From Vicinamibacteria bacterium (GTDB taxonomy: Bacteria; Acidobacteriota; Vicinamibacteria; Vicinamibacterales; JAENWD01), in assembly GCA_963697705.1 (NCBI GenBank), contig CAVOPA010000017.1:75126-139125 (forward strand): DNA of 64,000 bases. The letters are read 5' to 3'. The notes below the pieces were generated by a model. That model was not told the DNA's origin. It searched no databases and saw nothing but the letters and a program-made list of their open reading frames with translations. Position 1 is the first letter of the stretch, and each line of letters starts with the position of its first letter. A program made the position numbers and the translations under genes. Below, one piece after another: positions 17,712 through 26,729 of this stretch.

Positions 17712-18839
17712 ATGATTGTGTTCTGCAAGACCCGGCCGAACGCCGGCGCGACGTTCGTCCTCGCGCTACTCCTTTCGACCGTCGTGCCGTTCATGGCCGC
17801 CTGCGACAGGAGCGGACAGGCCACCGCGGCGCAGCCGATGGCCGGCGGTGGGCCGGTTGCCGTGTCGATGACGGTGCTCGAGCCGAAGCCCGTCGATCGC
17901 ACGTCGGAGTACGTGGCGACCGTGCGTTCGCGCCGGACCACCGACGTCCGCCCCCAGGTCGAGGGCATCGTCACGCGGATCTTCGTGAAGTCGGGCGATC
18001 GCGTGGCCGCCGGACGACCGATCGCGCAGGTGGATCCGCACAAGCAGGAGGCGACGCTGTCAGGCAACGAGGCGTCCCGGGCGGCGCAGCAGGCGCAACT
18101 GCAGCTGTCGCGCGAGGAATTGAAGCGCCAGCAGGCGCTCTTCGACCAGGGGCTCGTCAGCCGCCAGGTGCTCGACCAGGCGCGCGCCGCCGTCGATACC
18201 GCTGCCGCAAGCCTCAGGTCGATGGAGGCGCACGAGCAGGAGAGCCGGGTCGAGCTCCAGTACTACCGTGTCACCTCGCCGACCGCGGGCGTCGTCGGTG
18301 ACATCCCCGTGCGCGTGGGCGATCGGGTGACGACATCGACCGAGATCACCACGGTGAGCGACAACGCCGGCCTCGAAGCGTACGTCTACGTGCCGATCGA
18401 GCGGGCGTCGGCGCTGAAGCTCGGGCTGCCGGTGCGGCTCATGAACGATACGGGCGAAGTGCTCGCGCAAACGCGCATCGACTTCATCTCGCCCGAGGTC
18501 GACGACAAGACCCAGGGAGTGCTGGTCAAGGCGCAGGTGCCGTCCGACAAGGGCTTCCGCACGGAGCAGTTCGTGCGAGCGCAGATCGTCTGGAGCAGCG
18601 AGCCCGCTCTCACCCTGCCCGTCACCGCTGTGACGCGCATCAACGGCCAGTACTTCGCGTACGTGGCCGAGCAGGGCGACAAAGGCGGGCTGGTTGCGCG
18701 CCAGCGTCTCGTGCGGCTGCGGCCGCTGGCCGGCGCCGACTACATGCTCGAGTCCGGCCTCAAGGCGGGCGACCGCCTGATTGTCTCTGGTATCCAGAAG
18801 GTCACCGACGGCGTGCCAGTCGCCGCCGCGGAGTCGTGA
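17712..18839 (+). CDS. RND efflux periplasmic adaptor (membrane fusion protein) lipoprotein
   Basis: ATG 17712 inside ORF 17490..18839 gives a lipobox (VVPFMAAC). A biotinyl-lipoyl-like hairpin (GIVTRIFVKSGDRVAAGRPIAQVD ... AGVVGDIPVRVGDRV), a coiled-coil hairpin and a beta-barrel domain are present. Confidence 0.9.
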   Translation: MIVFCKTRPNAGATFVLALLLSTVVPFMAACDRSGQATAAQPMAGGGPVAVSMTVLEPKPVDRTSEYVATVRSRRTTDVRPQVEGIVTRIFVKSGDRVAAGRPIAQVDPHKQEATLSGNEASRAAQQAQLQLSREELKRQQALFDQGLVSRQVLDQARAAVDTAAASLRSMEAHEQESRVELQYYRVTSPTAGVVGDIPVRVGDRVTTSTEITTVSDNAGLEAYVYVPIERASALKLGLPVRLMNDTGEVLAQTRIDFISPEVDDKTQGVLVKAQVPSDKGFRTEQFVRAQIVWSSEPALTLPVTAVTRINGQYFAYVAEQGDKGGLVARQRLVRLRPLAGADYMLESGLKAGDRLIVSGIQKVTDGVPVAAAES

Positions 18840-18847
18840 AGCCACGA

Positions 18848-18975
18848 GGCTGCAGGAGACAGGCTGCGGGCCGCAGGCGGCGTTCGGCTCTTCGGCCGCC
18901 GCGGAAGCGCCTGCCGCCATCGCCCGCCCGCGGCCCGGCGGCCTGCAGCCTGCAGTGCGTAGCGTGCAGTCAGTA
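18848..18975. repeat. heptad-unit repeat element inside the adaptor-pump intergenic spacer
   Basis: ggctgca ggagaca ggctgcg ggccgca ggcggcg (18848-18882) and gcctgca gcctgca gtgcgta gcgtgca gtcagta (18941-18975). GGCTGCAGG can pair with CCTGCAGCC. Confidence 0.5.
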
Positions 18976-18992
18976 CCCATCCGATAAGGCCC

Positions 18993-21900
18993 ATGTTCGT
19001 TGACGTCTTCATCCGTCGTCCGATTCTGTCGAGCGTGTGCTCGCTCGTAATCATCCTCGCTGGCCTGGTCGCGATTCCGACGCTGCCGATCGAGCAGTAT
19101 CCACAGCTGGCACCGCCCCGCGTGAACGTCAATTCGTTCTACACCGGCGCGAGCGCGTTCACCGTCGAGTCAGCGGTAACAAACCCCCTGGAGCAGGCGA
19201 TCAACGGCGTCGAGGGTCTCGAATACATCACCTCGAACAGCACCAACAGCGGCACGTCGACGATCACGGCCACCTTCGAGCTCGGTCGCAGTCCGGATCT
19301 CGCAGCCGTCGACGTGCAGAACCGTGTCGCGGCCACTCTCGGACGCCTCCCCAACGAGGTGAAGAACGTGGGCGTGACGGTCACGAAGGCCACGACGGGC
19401 TTCGTGATGGGCATCGGCGTTTACGCCGAGCACGACGAATACGATTCCCTCTTCCTCAGCAACTACCTCGATGTCTTCGTGCGGGACGCGCTCAAGCGCA
19501 TTCCCGGTGTGGCCGACGTGACCATCTTCGGCGAGCGCAAGTACGCGATGCGAGTCTGGCTCGATCCCACCCGCCTGGCGTCGCGCGGGCTGACCGCCGC
19601 GGACGTGAGCGCCGCTCTGCGCGAGCAGAACGTGCAGATTGCGGCCGGCTCCGTCGGTCAGCCGCCGGCGCCAGGCAATCAGCCGTACGAGATCTCGGTG
19701 CGCGCGGCCGGTCGTCTGACCGAACCGCAACACTTCGAAAACGCCATTTTGAAGAACAACGGCGGCACCCTTGTGCGCCTGCGCGACGTCGGCCGCGCCG
19801 AGGTCGGAGCCGAGACGTACGCGAGCCGTCTCCGGTTCAACGGACGCGACGCGGTCGGCGTGGGCGTGGCGCAACTGCCGACGGCCAACGCCCTCGATGT
19901 CTACAACCGTGTGAGCGCCGAGCTCGCGCGCCTCTCGAAGAGCTTTCCTCCCGGCCTCAAGTACGAAGTCGCCTTCGACAACACGACGGTCATCTCCGAC
20001 TCGATCCGCGAGGTGCTCAAGACGCTGCTGGAGGCGATTGCGCTCGTCGTGCTCGTGATGTTCCTCTTCCTGCAGGACTGGCGCGCGACGATCATCCCGA
20101 CCATCACGATCCCGGTGTCGCTCGTCGGCACTTTCGCCTTCGTCTATCTGCTCGGCTTCTCCATCAATACCCTCACTCTATTCGGCATCACGCTCGCGAC
20201 CGGCATCGTCGTCGACGATGCGATCGTGGTCATCGAGAATATCCAGCGGCACATACACGAATTCGGGCGCACCCCCTTCGAGGCGGCCGGCGAGGCGATG
20301 GGCGAGGTGCTCGGCGCGGTGGTGGCGACGGCGCTCGTGCTCATCGCCGTATTCGTCCCCGTCGCGTTCTTCCCCGGCACCACCGGCAAGTTCTATCAGC
20401 AGTTCTCGCTGACGATCGCGTTCTCGGTGGCGCTGTCGGCTTTCAACGCCCTCACGCTGACGCCGGCGCTCTCGGCGTTGCTGCTGCGGGGCGAGCGCGA
20501 AAAGGGCATGTTCTTCCGGTTCATCGAACGGGTCATCGCGGCCGGCACCACTGTCTACATGAAGGCGCTGGGGCGCTTCGTCCGCATGCGGACCGTGATG
20601 GTGGTGCTGTTCCTGGTGTCTCTGGGGCTCACCGTCGCGGTCTATCGAGTCGTGCCGACCGGGTTCGTTCCCGACGAGGACCAGAACCTCGTCATCATGC
20701 AGTTGCAGGCACCGGAAGGCGCATCGCTCGACTACTCCTCGAGGATCGGGCAGCAGGTCGAGGCGGTGCTGGCGAAGGAGCCGGCGATCCGGGCCGTGTT
20801 CTCGGTCATGGGCTTCAGCTTCGGGGGCGCCTCGCCGAACCGCGGCATGCTCTTCGTCAGGCTGCTGCCGATTGATCAGCGGCTGAAGGCCGAGCTCGGC
20901 GCCCCGGCGGTCGTCGGGCGGCTGCGGGCGGCCCTCGGCAAGATCCCGGGCGCGCAGGTGGTCCCGTTCCTTCCGCCCGCGCTGTCGGGCGTGGGCACGC
21001 TTGGCGGCTTCCAGTTCGAGCTGCTGGACCAGAGCGGCGGCAACATCAACAACCTGGCGCAAACGACCAGGGACGTGATCCGCCAGGGCAACCAGCGGCC
21101 GGACCTGCGCGGGCTGTTCGCCACCTTCAGCGCGAGCGATCCGCAGTTCGCCATCGACATCGACCGGGAGAAGCTCAAGGCGCTCGGGATGCCGCTTTCG
21201 GAAGTGAGCGACACCTTGCAGATTTTCCTCGGATCGCAGTACGTGAACGACTTCGATTTCAACAACCGGGCGTATCGCGTGTACGTGCAGGCCGACCAGC
21301 AGTTTCGCGCGGCGCCGCAGGCGATCGGGGAGTTCTACGTGCGCACCGGCACCGGCGAGATGCTGCCCCTCTCGAGCGTGGTGAAGGTTCGCGAAGACAC
21401 CGCGCCCCAGGTGATCACGCACTTCAACATGTTCCGCTCCGTCGAGATCAACGGCTCGCCCGCGCCGGGCTACAGCTCGGGACAGGCGCTCGCCGGCATG
21501 GAGGCCCTCTCGTCGCGAGTGCTGCCCGCGGGATTCACGTTCGAGTGGGCCGGTCAGTCGCTCGAGGAGCTGAAGGCCGGGCGGCAGACCTTCTACATCT
21601 TCGGCCTCGCGCTGCTGCTCGTCTACCTTACGCTCGCGGCGCAGTACGAGAGCCTCGTGCTGCCGTTCATCATCCTGCTGGGCGTGCCGCTTGCGGTCCT
21701 CGGCGGTGTGGGCGCACAGGGCCTGCGCGGGCTGCAGAACGACGTGTACTGCCAGGTCGGCCTGGTGATGCTCATCGGCCTGGCGGCGAAGAATTCGATT
21801 CTGATCGTCGAGTTCGCGGAGCAGCTGCGGGACAAAGGGCTCTCGATCGTCGATGCCGCGCTTCAGGCGGCGCGCATCCGCCTCCGGCCGATCCTGATGA

Positions 21901-22100
21901 CGTCGTTCGCGTTCATCCTCGGCGTGCTGCCGCTCGTGTTCGCCTCGGGCGCCGGCCAGGCGGGGCGCCACTCGGTGGGCACGGCGGTGTTCGGCGGGAT
22001 GCTCGTATCCACCTTCCTCAACATCGTCTTCATCCCGGTGCTCTACGTCGTCGTCCGGACGCTGGTGCCCGGGGGATCGGCGCGCCACGCGCAAGCGTGA
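18993..22100 (+). CDS. RND efflux transporter permease (AcrB/HAE1-like, 12 TM)
   Basis: 1035 aa: MFVDVFIRRPILSSVCSLVIILAGL, ATGIVVDDAIVVIENI, GLAAKNSILIVEFA. Canonical AcrB-family blocks and length. Confidence 0.95.
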   Translation: MFVDVFIRRPILSSVCSLVIILAGLVAIPTLPIEQYPQLAPPRVNVNSFYTGASAFTVESAVTNPLEQAINGVEGLEYITSNSTNSGTSTITATFELGRSPDLAAVDVQNRVAATLGRLPNEVKNVGVTVTKATTGFVMGIGVYAEHDEYDSLFLSNYLDVFVRDALKRIPGVADVTIFGERKYAMRVWLDPTRLASRGLTAADVSAALREQNVQIAAGSVGQPPAPGNQPYEISVRAAGRLTEPQHFENAILKNNGGTLVRLRDVGRAEVGAETYASRLRFNGRDAVGVGVAQLPTANALDVYNRVSAELARLSKSFPPGLKYEVAFDNTTVISDSIREVLKTLLEAIALVVLVMFLFLQDWRATIIPTITIPVSLVGTFAFVYLLGFSINTLTLFGITLATGIVVDDAIVVIENIQRHIHEFGRTPFEAAGEAMGEVLGAVVATALVLIAVFVPVAFFPGTTGKFYQQFSLTIAFSVALSAFNALTLTPALSALLLRGEREKGMFFRFIERVIAAGTTVYMKALGRFVRMRTVMVVLFLVSLGLTVAVYRVVPTGFVPDEDQNLVIMQLQAPEGASLDYSSRIGQQVEAVLAKEPAIRAVFSVMGFSFGGASPNRGMLFVRLLPIDQRLKAELGAPAVVGRLRAALGKIPGAQVVPFLPPALSGVGTLGGFQFELLDQSGGNINNLAQTTRDVIRQGNQRPDLRGLFATFSASDPQFAIDIDREKLKALGMPLSEVSDTLQIFLGSQYVNDFDFNNRAYRVYVQADQQFRAAPQAIGEFYVRTGTGEMLPLSSVVKVREDTAPQVITHFNMFRSVEINGSPAPGYSSGQALAGMEALSSRVLPAGFTFEWAGQSLEELKAGRQTFYIFGLALLLVYLTLAAQYESLVLPFIILLGVPLAVLGGVGAQGLRGLQNDVYCQVGLVMLIGLAAKNSILIVEFAEQLRDKGLSIVDAALQAARIRLRPILMTSFAFILGVLPLVFASGAGQAGRHSVGTAVFGGMLVSTFLNIVFIPVLYVVVRTLVPGGSARHAQA

Positions 22101-22251
22101 TCGCCGCCGCTGCCGCGCTTCGATACACCGGCCGGTGATCCTCTGACACTCCTCGCTCCACGCGAGTGGTTCTGCAAGAGTTGCGGCGGCTCGACGTTTG
22201 CAGCCTCTGACACTTCGGGTCTGGCGGCCGTTCCGCGACCCCTTTATCTGA

Positions 22252-24201
22252 ATGCCCAACCTGCGTGGCGTGCCAGCGCCGATGCTCCCAACCGTTCTCG
22301 GGGCGCTGCTCATCGGCGTTCTCTGCGCGCCACTGCGCGTCGCGGCGCAGGACGCCTCGGCGCTCAAACGCCTCGCCCTCGAAGATCTCATGGACGTCGA
22401 CGTCACGTCGGTCTCCCGGCGTGCAGAGCCGATCTCCGACGCGGCCGCCGCAATCGACGTCATCACGAGCGACCAGATCCGCCGCTCGGGCGCGACGACG
22501 CTCGCCGAGGTGCTGCGCCTTGCGACGGGGCTGGCAGTGGCCCGCGTCGACACGACCACCTGGGCGATCAGCGCCCGCGGCTTCAACAGCACCGCGGCCA
22601 ATAAGCTGCTCGTCCTGATCGACGGCCGGTCGGTCTACACACCGCTCTTCTCGGGCGTGTTCTGGGACGTCCAGGACACGCTGCTGGCCGACGTGGACCG
22701 AATCGAGGTGATCCGCGGCCCCGGCGGGATCCTGTGGGGAGCCAACGCGGTGAACGGCGTGATCAACGTCATCACCAAGGCCGCCTCGCGGACGCAGGGT
22801 GGGAGGGTCGAGCTCGCGTCGGGCAACGAGGAACCCGGCCTCGCCACCATCCGCTATGGCGACGAGCTCGGAAGCTCAGCCCAATACCGGGCCTACGGGA
22901 AATTCAACTATCAGGACCCGCAGCGCACCGCCTCGGGCGAGAGCGGGGGAGATCCCCTTCGGCGGGTGCAGGTCGGAGGCCGCATCGACTGGAAGCGGTC
23001 CGACGCCACAGAGGTGGCAATCATCGGCGATGCGAACGTCGGCAGCATGGGGCGAGTGGATCGGCCGCCCACCGACGTCGTCGATGGCAACATCACCGCG
23101 CGCGTGCGGCATGTGACCTCACCCGGAGCGGAGCTGCAGGTGCAGGCGTACTACGACCGCACCTTCCGCAGCATGCCCGGCTTGCTGGAGGAGCATCGCG
23201 GCACCTGGGATCTCGACGTGCAGTACCGTGCACGCGTGAGCAGCCGACACATGCTGCTGGCGGGTGGCACGTATCGGTTGACGCGCGACCGCACGAGCGT
23301 GCCTCCGGCGGGTAGCTCCGCGCCGCCGATCGCGGTCGTCTTCGTGCCGGCCTCGCGGAACTCCCCGCTCGTGGCGCTGTTTGCGCAGGACGAAATCGCG
23401 CTGGTCCCGCAGAGGCTGACCCTGACGGTCGGTGCGCGCGGCGAGCACAACGACTACACCGGCTTCGAGTTCCAGCCGACGGTGCGCGCACGCTGGATCC
23501 CGCGGCCGCGCCATGTGGTCTGGGGCGCGGTGTCACGCGCCGTGCGCACGCCAACACGGCTCGACGCCGACGTGCGAACGGTCACTGCGAGCGGCCGCGT
23601 CCTGCTCATTGGCGGAGGCGAGGACTTCGTGTCCGAGTCGGTCGTCGCCTACGAGGCAGGATACCGCGTGCAGCCCGTCTCGATCCTGTCGCTCGACCTG
23701 GCGGCGTACCACAACGACTACGACCGGCTGCGCAGCCAGGAGCCCGGGCCACCGAACGTGCTGGCCAACGGGCTGCGCGGGCAGACGAGCGGCCTCGAGA
23801 CGCAAGTGACGGTACGCCCCACAGGCTGGATGCGGTGGGAGGGATCGTGGACGCTGTTCGACAAGCAGCTCGAGCTGCGGCCGGGCAGCGCCGACATCAC
23901 GCGAGGCGCCGACGAAGGAAACGATCCGCAACACCAACTCGGCCTCCGATCGTCGATCAACCTGCCACGCCGCACGGAGCTGGAAGGCTTCCTGCGCCAC
24001 GTCGGCGCCCTCACCACGCCCGCGGTGCCTGCGTATACGGAGCTCGATCTGCGGGCGGGCTGGAGCGTCACCGACGACGTCGAGCTCGCTCTTGTCGGGA
24101 GAAACCTGCTGCACGCGAGCCATCCCGAGTTCGGGCCGCCCACCCCGCAGCGCGTCGAGATCGAGCGAAGTCTGTACGCGCGGCTGCGCGTGAGCTTCTG
24201 A
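22252..24201 (+). CDS. TonB-dependent-receptor-like outer-membrane protein (plug + beta-barrel)
   Basis: Signal peptide, then plug blocks DVTSVSRRAEPISDAAAAIDVITSDQIRRSGATTLAEVLRL, IDGRSVYTPLFSGVFWD and RIEVIRGPGGILWGANAVNGVINVITK. The barrel ends in an aromatic residue (...RLRVSF). Confidence 0.85.
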   Translation: MPNLRGVPAPMLPTVLGALLIGVLCAPLRVAAQDASALKRLALEDLMDVDVTSVSRRAEPISDAAAAIDVITSDQIRRSGATTLAEVLRLATGLAVARVDTTTWAISARGFNSTAANKLLVLIDGRSVYTPLFSGVFWDVQDTLLADVDRIEVIRGPGGILWGANAVNGVINVITKAASRTQGGRVELASGNEEPGLATIRYGDELGSSAQYRAYGKFNYQDPQRTASGESGGDPLRRVQVGGRIDWKRSDATEVAIIGDANVGSMGRVDRPPTDVVDGNITARVRHVTSPGAELQVQAYYDRTFRSMPGLLEEHRGTWDLDVQYRARVSSRHMLLAGGTYRLTRDRTSVPPAGSSAPPIAVVFVPASRNSPLVALFAQDEIALVPQRLTLTVGARGEHNDYTGFEFQPTVRARWIPRPRHVVWGAVSRAVRTPTRLDADVRTVTASGRVLLIGGGEDFVSESVVAYEAGYRVQPVSILSLDLAAYHNDYDRLRSQEPGPPNVLANGLRGQTSGLETQVTVRPTGWMRWEGSWTLFDKQLELRPGSADITRGADEGNDPQHQLGLRSSINLPRRTELEGFLRHVGALTTPAVPAYTELDLRAGWSVTDDVELALVGRNLLHASHPEFGPPTPQRVEIERSLYARLRVSF

Positions 24202-24752
24202 TGCGCCGCTGCGTCACCGCGCTCGTCGTCGGGGCCGTGCTGGCCGCTGTTGCAGCGGCGGCGGCCGCGGACTCCTCGGGGGAGTACGACGTCAAGGCGG
24301 CGTACCTGTACAACTTCGCCAAGTTCGTCGCGTGGCCGCCGCAGTCGTTTGCCTCGCCGGATGCCCAGTTCGCAATCTGCATCCTCGGGCAGGACCCGTT
24401 CGGGCCCTCGCTCGATGCCATCGTGCACGGTGAACGGGTCGAGGGGCGGCCGCTCGTGGTGCGGCGGCTGAAAGGCTGGGACGACGCGGAGCTGTGTCAG
24501 ATTCTGTTCGTGTCCACGTCGGTGCAGGAAGATTTCGCACAGCTGCTGGGCGGTCATACTTTCCGCCGCACCCTGACCGTCGGCGAGGCGCCGCAGTTTC
24601 TCAGGGCCGGCGGGCACATCAGCTTTTTTCTCGACGGCCGCAACGTCCGTTTCGCGCTGAACCCGGCGAACATCTCGCGCACGGACCTCCAAATCAGCTC
24701 CAAGCTGATGCGAGTCGCCCGCATCGATCGCGGCACGGGGGCGACGCCGTGA
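24201..24752 (+). CDS. YfiR-family (DUF4154) periplasmic protein
   Basis: ATG 24201 overlaps the receptor stop (TGATG). Signal peptide MRRCVTALVVGAVLAAVAAAAAA, then the hallmark YDVKAAYLYNFAKFVAWP and CQILFV. Confidence 0.8.
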   Translation: MRRCVTALVVGAVLAAVAAAAAADSSGEYDVKAAYLYNFAKFVAWPPQSFASPDAQFAICILGQDPFGPSLDAIVHGERVEGRPLVVRRLKGWDDAELCQILFVSTSVQEDFAQLLGGHTFRRTLTVGEAPQFLRAGGHISFFLDGRNVRFALNPANISRTDLQISSKLMRVARIDRGTGATP

Positions 24753-26284
24753 GTCAGTGGCTGCGCGACCTGCCCATTCGCCGCAAGCTCACGACGGTCA
24801 TCACGGCGACGAGCGCGGTCGCGCTCGTGCTCGCCAGCAGCGTCCTGCTCACGTGGGACGTGATCCGCTTCAGGGCCGACCTGCGTGACGATTTGCAGAC
24901 ATTGACGACCATCATTGCGGACAACAGCACGGCCGCGCTGTCGTTCGACGATCCGGCGGCTGCCAGCGAAACGCTCGGCGCGCTGGCGGCGAAGCCCCAG
25001 ATCACGGCTGGTGCGATCTACGACAAAAATGGCGAGCTTTTTGCGGCATACCGTCCGACGGCGGCAGTGTCGCCACCTGGACGGCAGCCCACGGCGGACG
25101 GGCTCCGCGAGTTCTCGGGCACGATCGAGATCGTCCGGCCCATCGTGCTGCACGACGAGCGGATCGGCACGATTTACGTGCGGAGCAGCCTGGCCGATCT
25201 GTACCAGCGGCTGCGCGCGCGGATGCTCACCGTGGCGCTTGTGCTCGTGGCGGCGTGGCTCCTGACGTTCCTGCTGTCGTCGTGGCTGCAGCGGCTCGTG
25301 GCCGACCCGCTGCTGCGGCTGGCCGACACGGCGCGCGCGGTATCGGCGCGTCAAGACTACGGGCTGCGGGCGACGCCACACGGAAAAGACGAGATTGGGG
25401 TGCTCGTCACGGCATTCAACGACATGCTGTCGCAAATCGAACGCCGCGACGCCGAGCTGCTCTCGGCGAAACAGACCCTCGAGGCGCGGGTGGTCCAGCG
25501 CACGGCTCAGCTGTCGGAGGAGCTCGCCGAGCGCCATCGCGCCGAGCGCGAGCTCGAAGTGCGCAACGAGCAATTGGAGCAGACGAACCGGGAGCTCGAC
25601 GACTTCGCCTACATCGCCTCGCACGACCTGAAGGAGCCGCTTCGCGGCATCCACAACTACTCACGCTTCCTGATCGAGGACTACGCCGGACGGTTCGACG
25701 AGGACGGTCGCTCGAAGCTCGAGACGCTCAGCCGCCTGAGCCGGCGAATGGAGACGCTGATCGACTCGCTGCTGCACTACTCCCGGCTCGGGCGCACCGA
25801 CCTGGCGCTCGACGTAGTGGACGTGCAGGAGGTCGTCGACGACGTGGTCGACCGGCTCGGGATCAGCCTGCGCGAGCAGCACGTCGAAGTTCGGATTCCC
25901 AGGCGGCTGCCCGTCATTCAATCCGATCGCGTGCGGCTCGCGGAGGTGTTCGCCAACCTGATCACCAACGCGATCAAGTACAACGACAAGCCGCAGCGGT
26001 GGATTGAGATCGGCGTCGCGGAATCCCCGGTCGGCGGTGACCGGCCGCACGCGCCGACGTTTTTCGTCCGCGACAACGGCATCGGCATTCCCGAGCGGCA
26101 TCTCGAGGCCGTGTTCCGGATCTTCAAGCGACTGCACGGTCGCGATCAGTTCGGCGGCGGCACGGGCGCTGGCCTCACAATCGTGCGCAAGATCGTCGAG
26201 CGCCATCACGGGCGCGTCTGGATCGAATCGTCCCCCGGCCAGGGCACGACGGTGTTCTTCACGCTGCAGAAGGAGACTGAATGA
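24749..26284 (+). CDS. membrane sensor histidine kinase (extracytoplasmic sensor domain, CHASE8-like by pattern, + HAMP + HisKA + HATPase)
   Basis: GTG 24749 overlaps the YfiR stop (GTGA). Two TM helices flank a roughly 150-aa sensor region. Also HAMP (GVLVTAFNDML), H-box FAYIASHDLKEPLRGI, N-box LITNAIKYN, and G-boxes DNGIGI and GTGAGLTIV. Confidence 0.85.
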   Translation: MSQWLRDLPIRRKLTTVITATSAVALVLASSVLLTWDVIRFRADLRDDLQTLTTIIADNSTAALSFDDPAAASETLGALAAKPQITAGAIYDKNGELFAAYRPTAAVSPPGRQPTADGLREFSGTIEIVRPIVLHDERIGTIYVRSSLADLYQRLRARMLTVALVLVAAWLLTFLLSSWLQRLVADPLLRLADTARAVSARQDYGLRATPHGKDEIGVLVTAFNDMLSQIERRDAELLSAKQTLEARVVQRTAQLSEELAERHRAERELEVRNEQLEQTNRELDDFAYIASHDLKEPLRGIHNYSRFLIEDYAGRFDEDGRSKLETLSRLSRRMETLIDSLLHYSRLGRTDLALDVVDVQEVVDDVVDRLGISLREQHVEVRIPRRLPVIQSDRVRLAEVFANLITNAIKYNDKPQRWIEIGVAESPVGGDRPHAPTFFVRDNGIGIPERHLEAVFRIFKRLHGRDQFGGGTGAGLTIVRKIVERHHGRVWIESSPGQGTTVFFTLQKETE

Positions 26285-26727
26285 TAGACCAGCACGGAGC
26301 GCCCATCCTGCTCGTCGAGGACAGCCCCGAGGACTTCGAGACCACCCGCCGCGCGTTCCGGCGCGCGGGGCTCCGGAACCCCATGCTGCACTGCGAGACC
26401 GGCGACGACGCGCTGGACTTCCTCTACCACCGGGGGCGGTATACGCCAGCCACTGCGCCGCGGCCGGGCATCATCCTGCTCGATCTGAACCTGCCGGGCA
26501 CCGACGGGCGCGAGGTGCTCGCCGAGATCAAAGCCGAGCACGGGCTCGCAGACATTCCCGTCGTCGTGCTCACCACGTCGGCTGACCATCGCGATGTCGA
26601 AGCGTGCTACCAGGCCGGCGCGAACAGCTACGTGCAGAAGCCCGTCGACCTGGACGCGTTCATGAACGCGATCCAGCGGCTGCACGACTACTGGTTCGAC
26701 GTCGTGATTCTGCCGAACGAGTCCTGA
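26281..26727 (+). CDS. stand-alone receiver-domain response regulator
   Basis: The ATG overlaps the kinase stop (ATGA). LLVEDSPED, acceptor Asp in ILLDLNLPGTDG, VVVLTTS, YVQKP. No output domain. Confidence 0.9.
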   Translation: MIDQHGAPILLVEDSPEDFETTRRAFRRAGLRNPMLHCETGDDALDFLYHRGRYTPATAPRPGIILLDLNLPGTDGREVLAEIKAEHGLADIPVVVLTTSADHRDVEACYQAGANSYVQKPVDLDAFMNAIQRLHDYWFDVVILPNES

Positions 26728-26729
26728 TC

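Noticed and set aside
20178-22601. An 807-aa ORF on the minus strand, the longest unexplained ORF in the track
   Set aside because: It lies antisense to the strongly supported RND pump and TonB-receptor genes. Its translation is Arg/Ala/Gly/Pro/Glu-rich low complexity with no motif. This is the typical shadow ORF of a very G+C-rich genome. The same reasoning applies to 3912..5078(-), 6542..7813(-), 10943..12445(-), 33894..35792(+), 37200..38846(-), 42095..43804(+), 47095..48924(-), 57055..58740(-), 59238..60932(-) and 60581..61963(+).
18993-24201. The TonB-receptor-like gene after the RND pump, considered as the missing outer-membrane factor of a tripartite pump
   Set aside because: It has a plug domain and TonB-receptor barrel features, not a TolC/OprM-like fold. 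It is translationally coupled to the downstream YfiR-kinase genes and separated from the pump by 151 nt.
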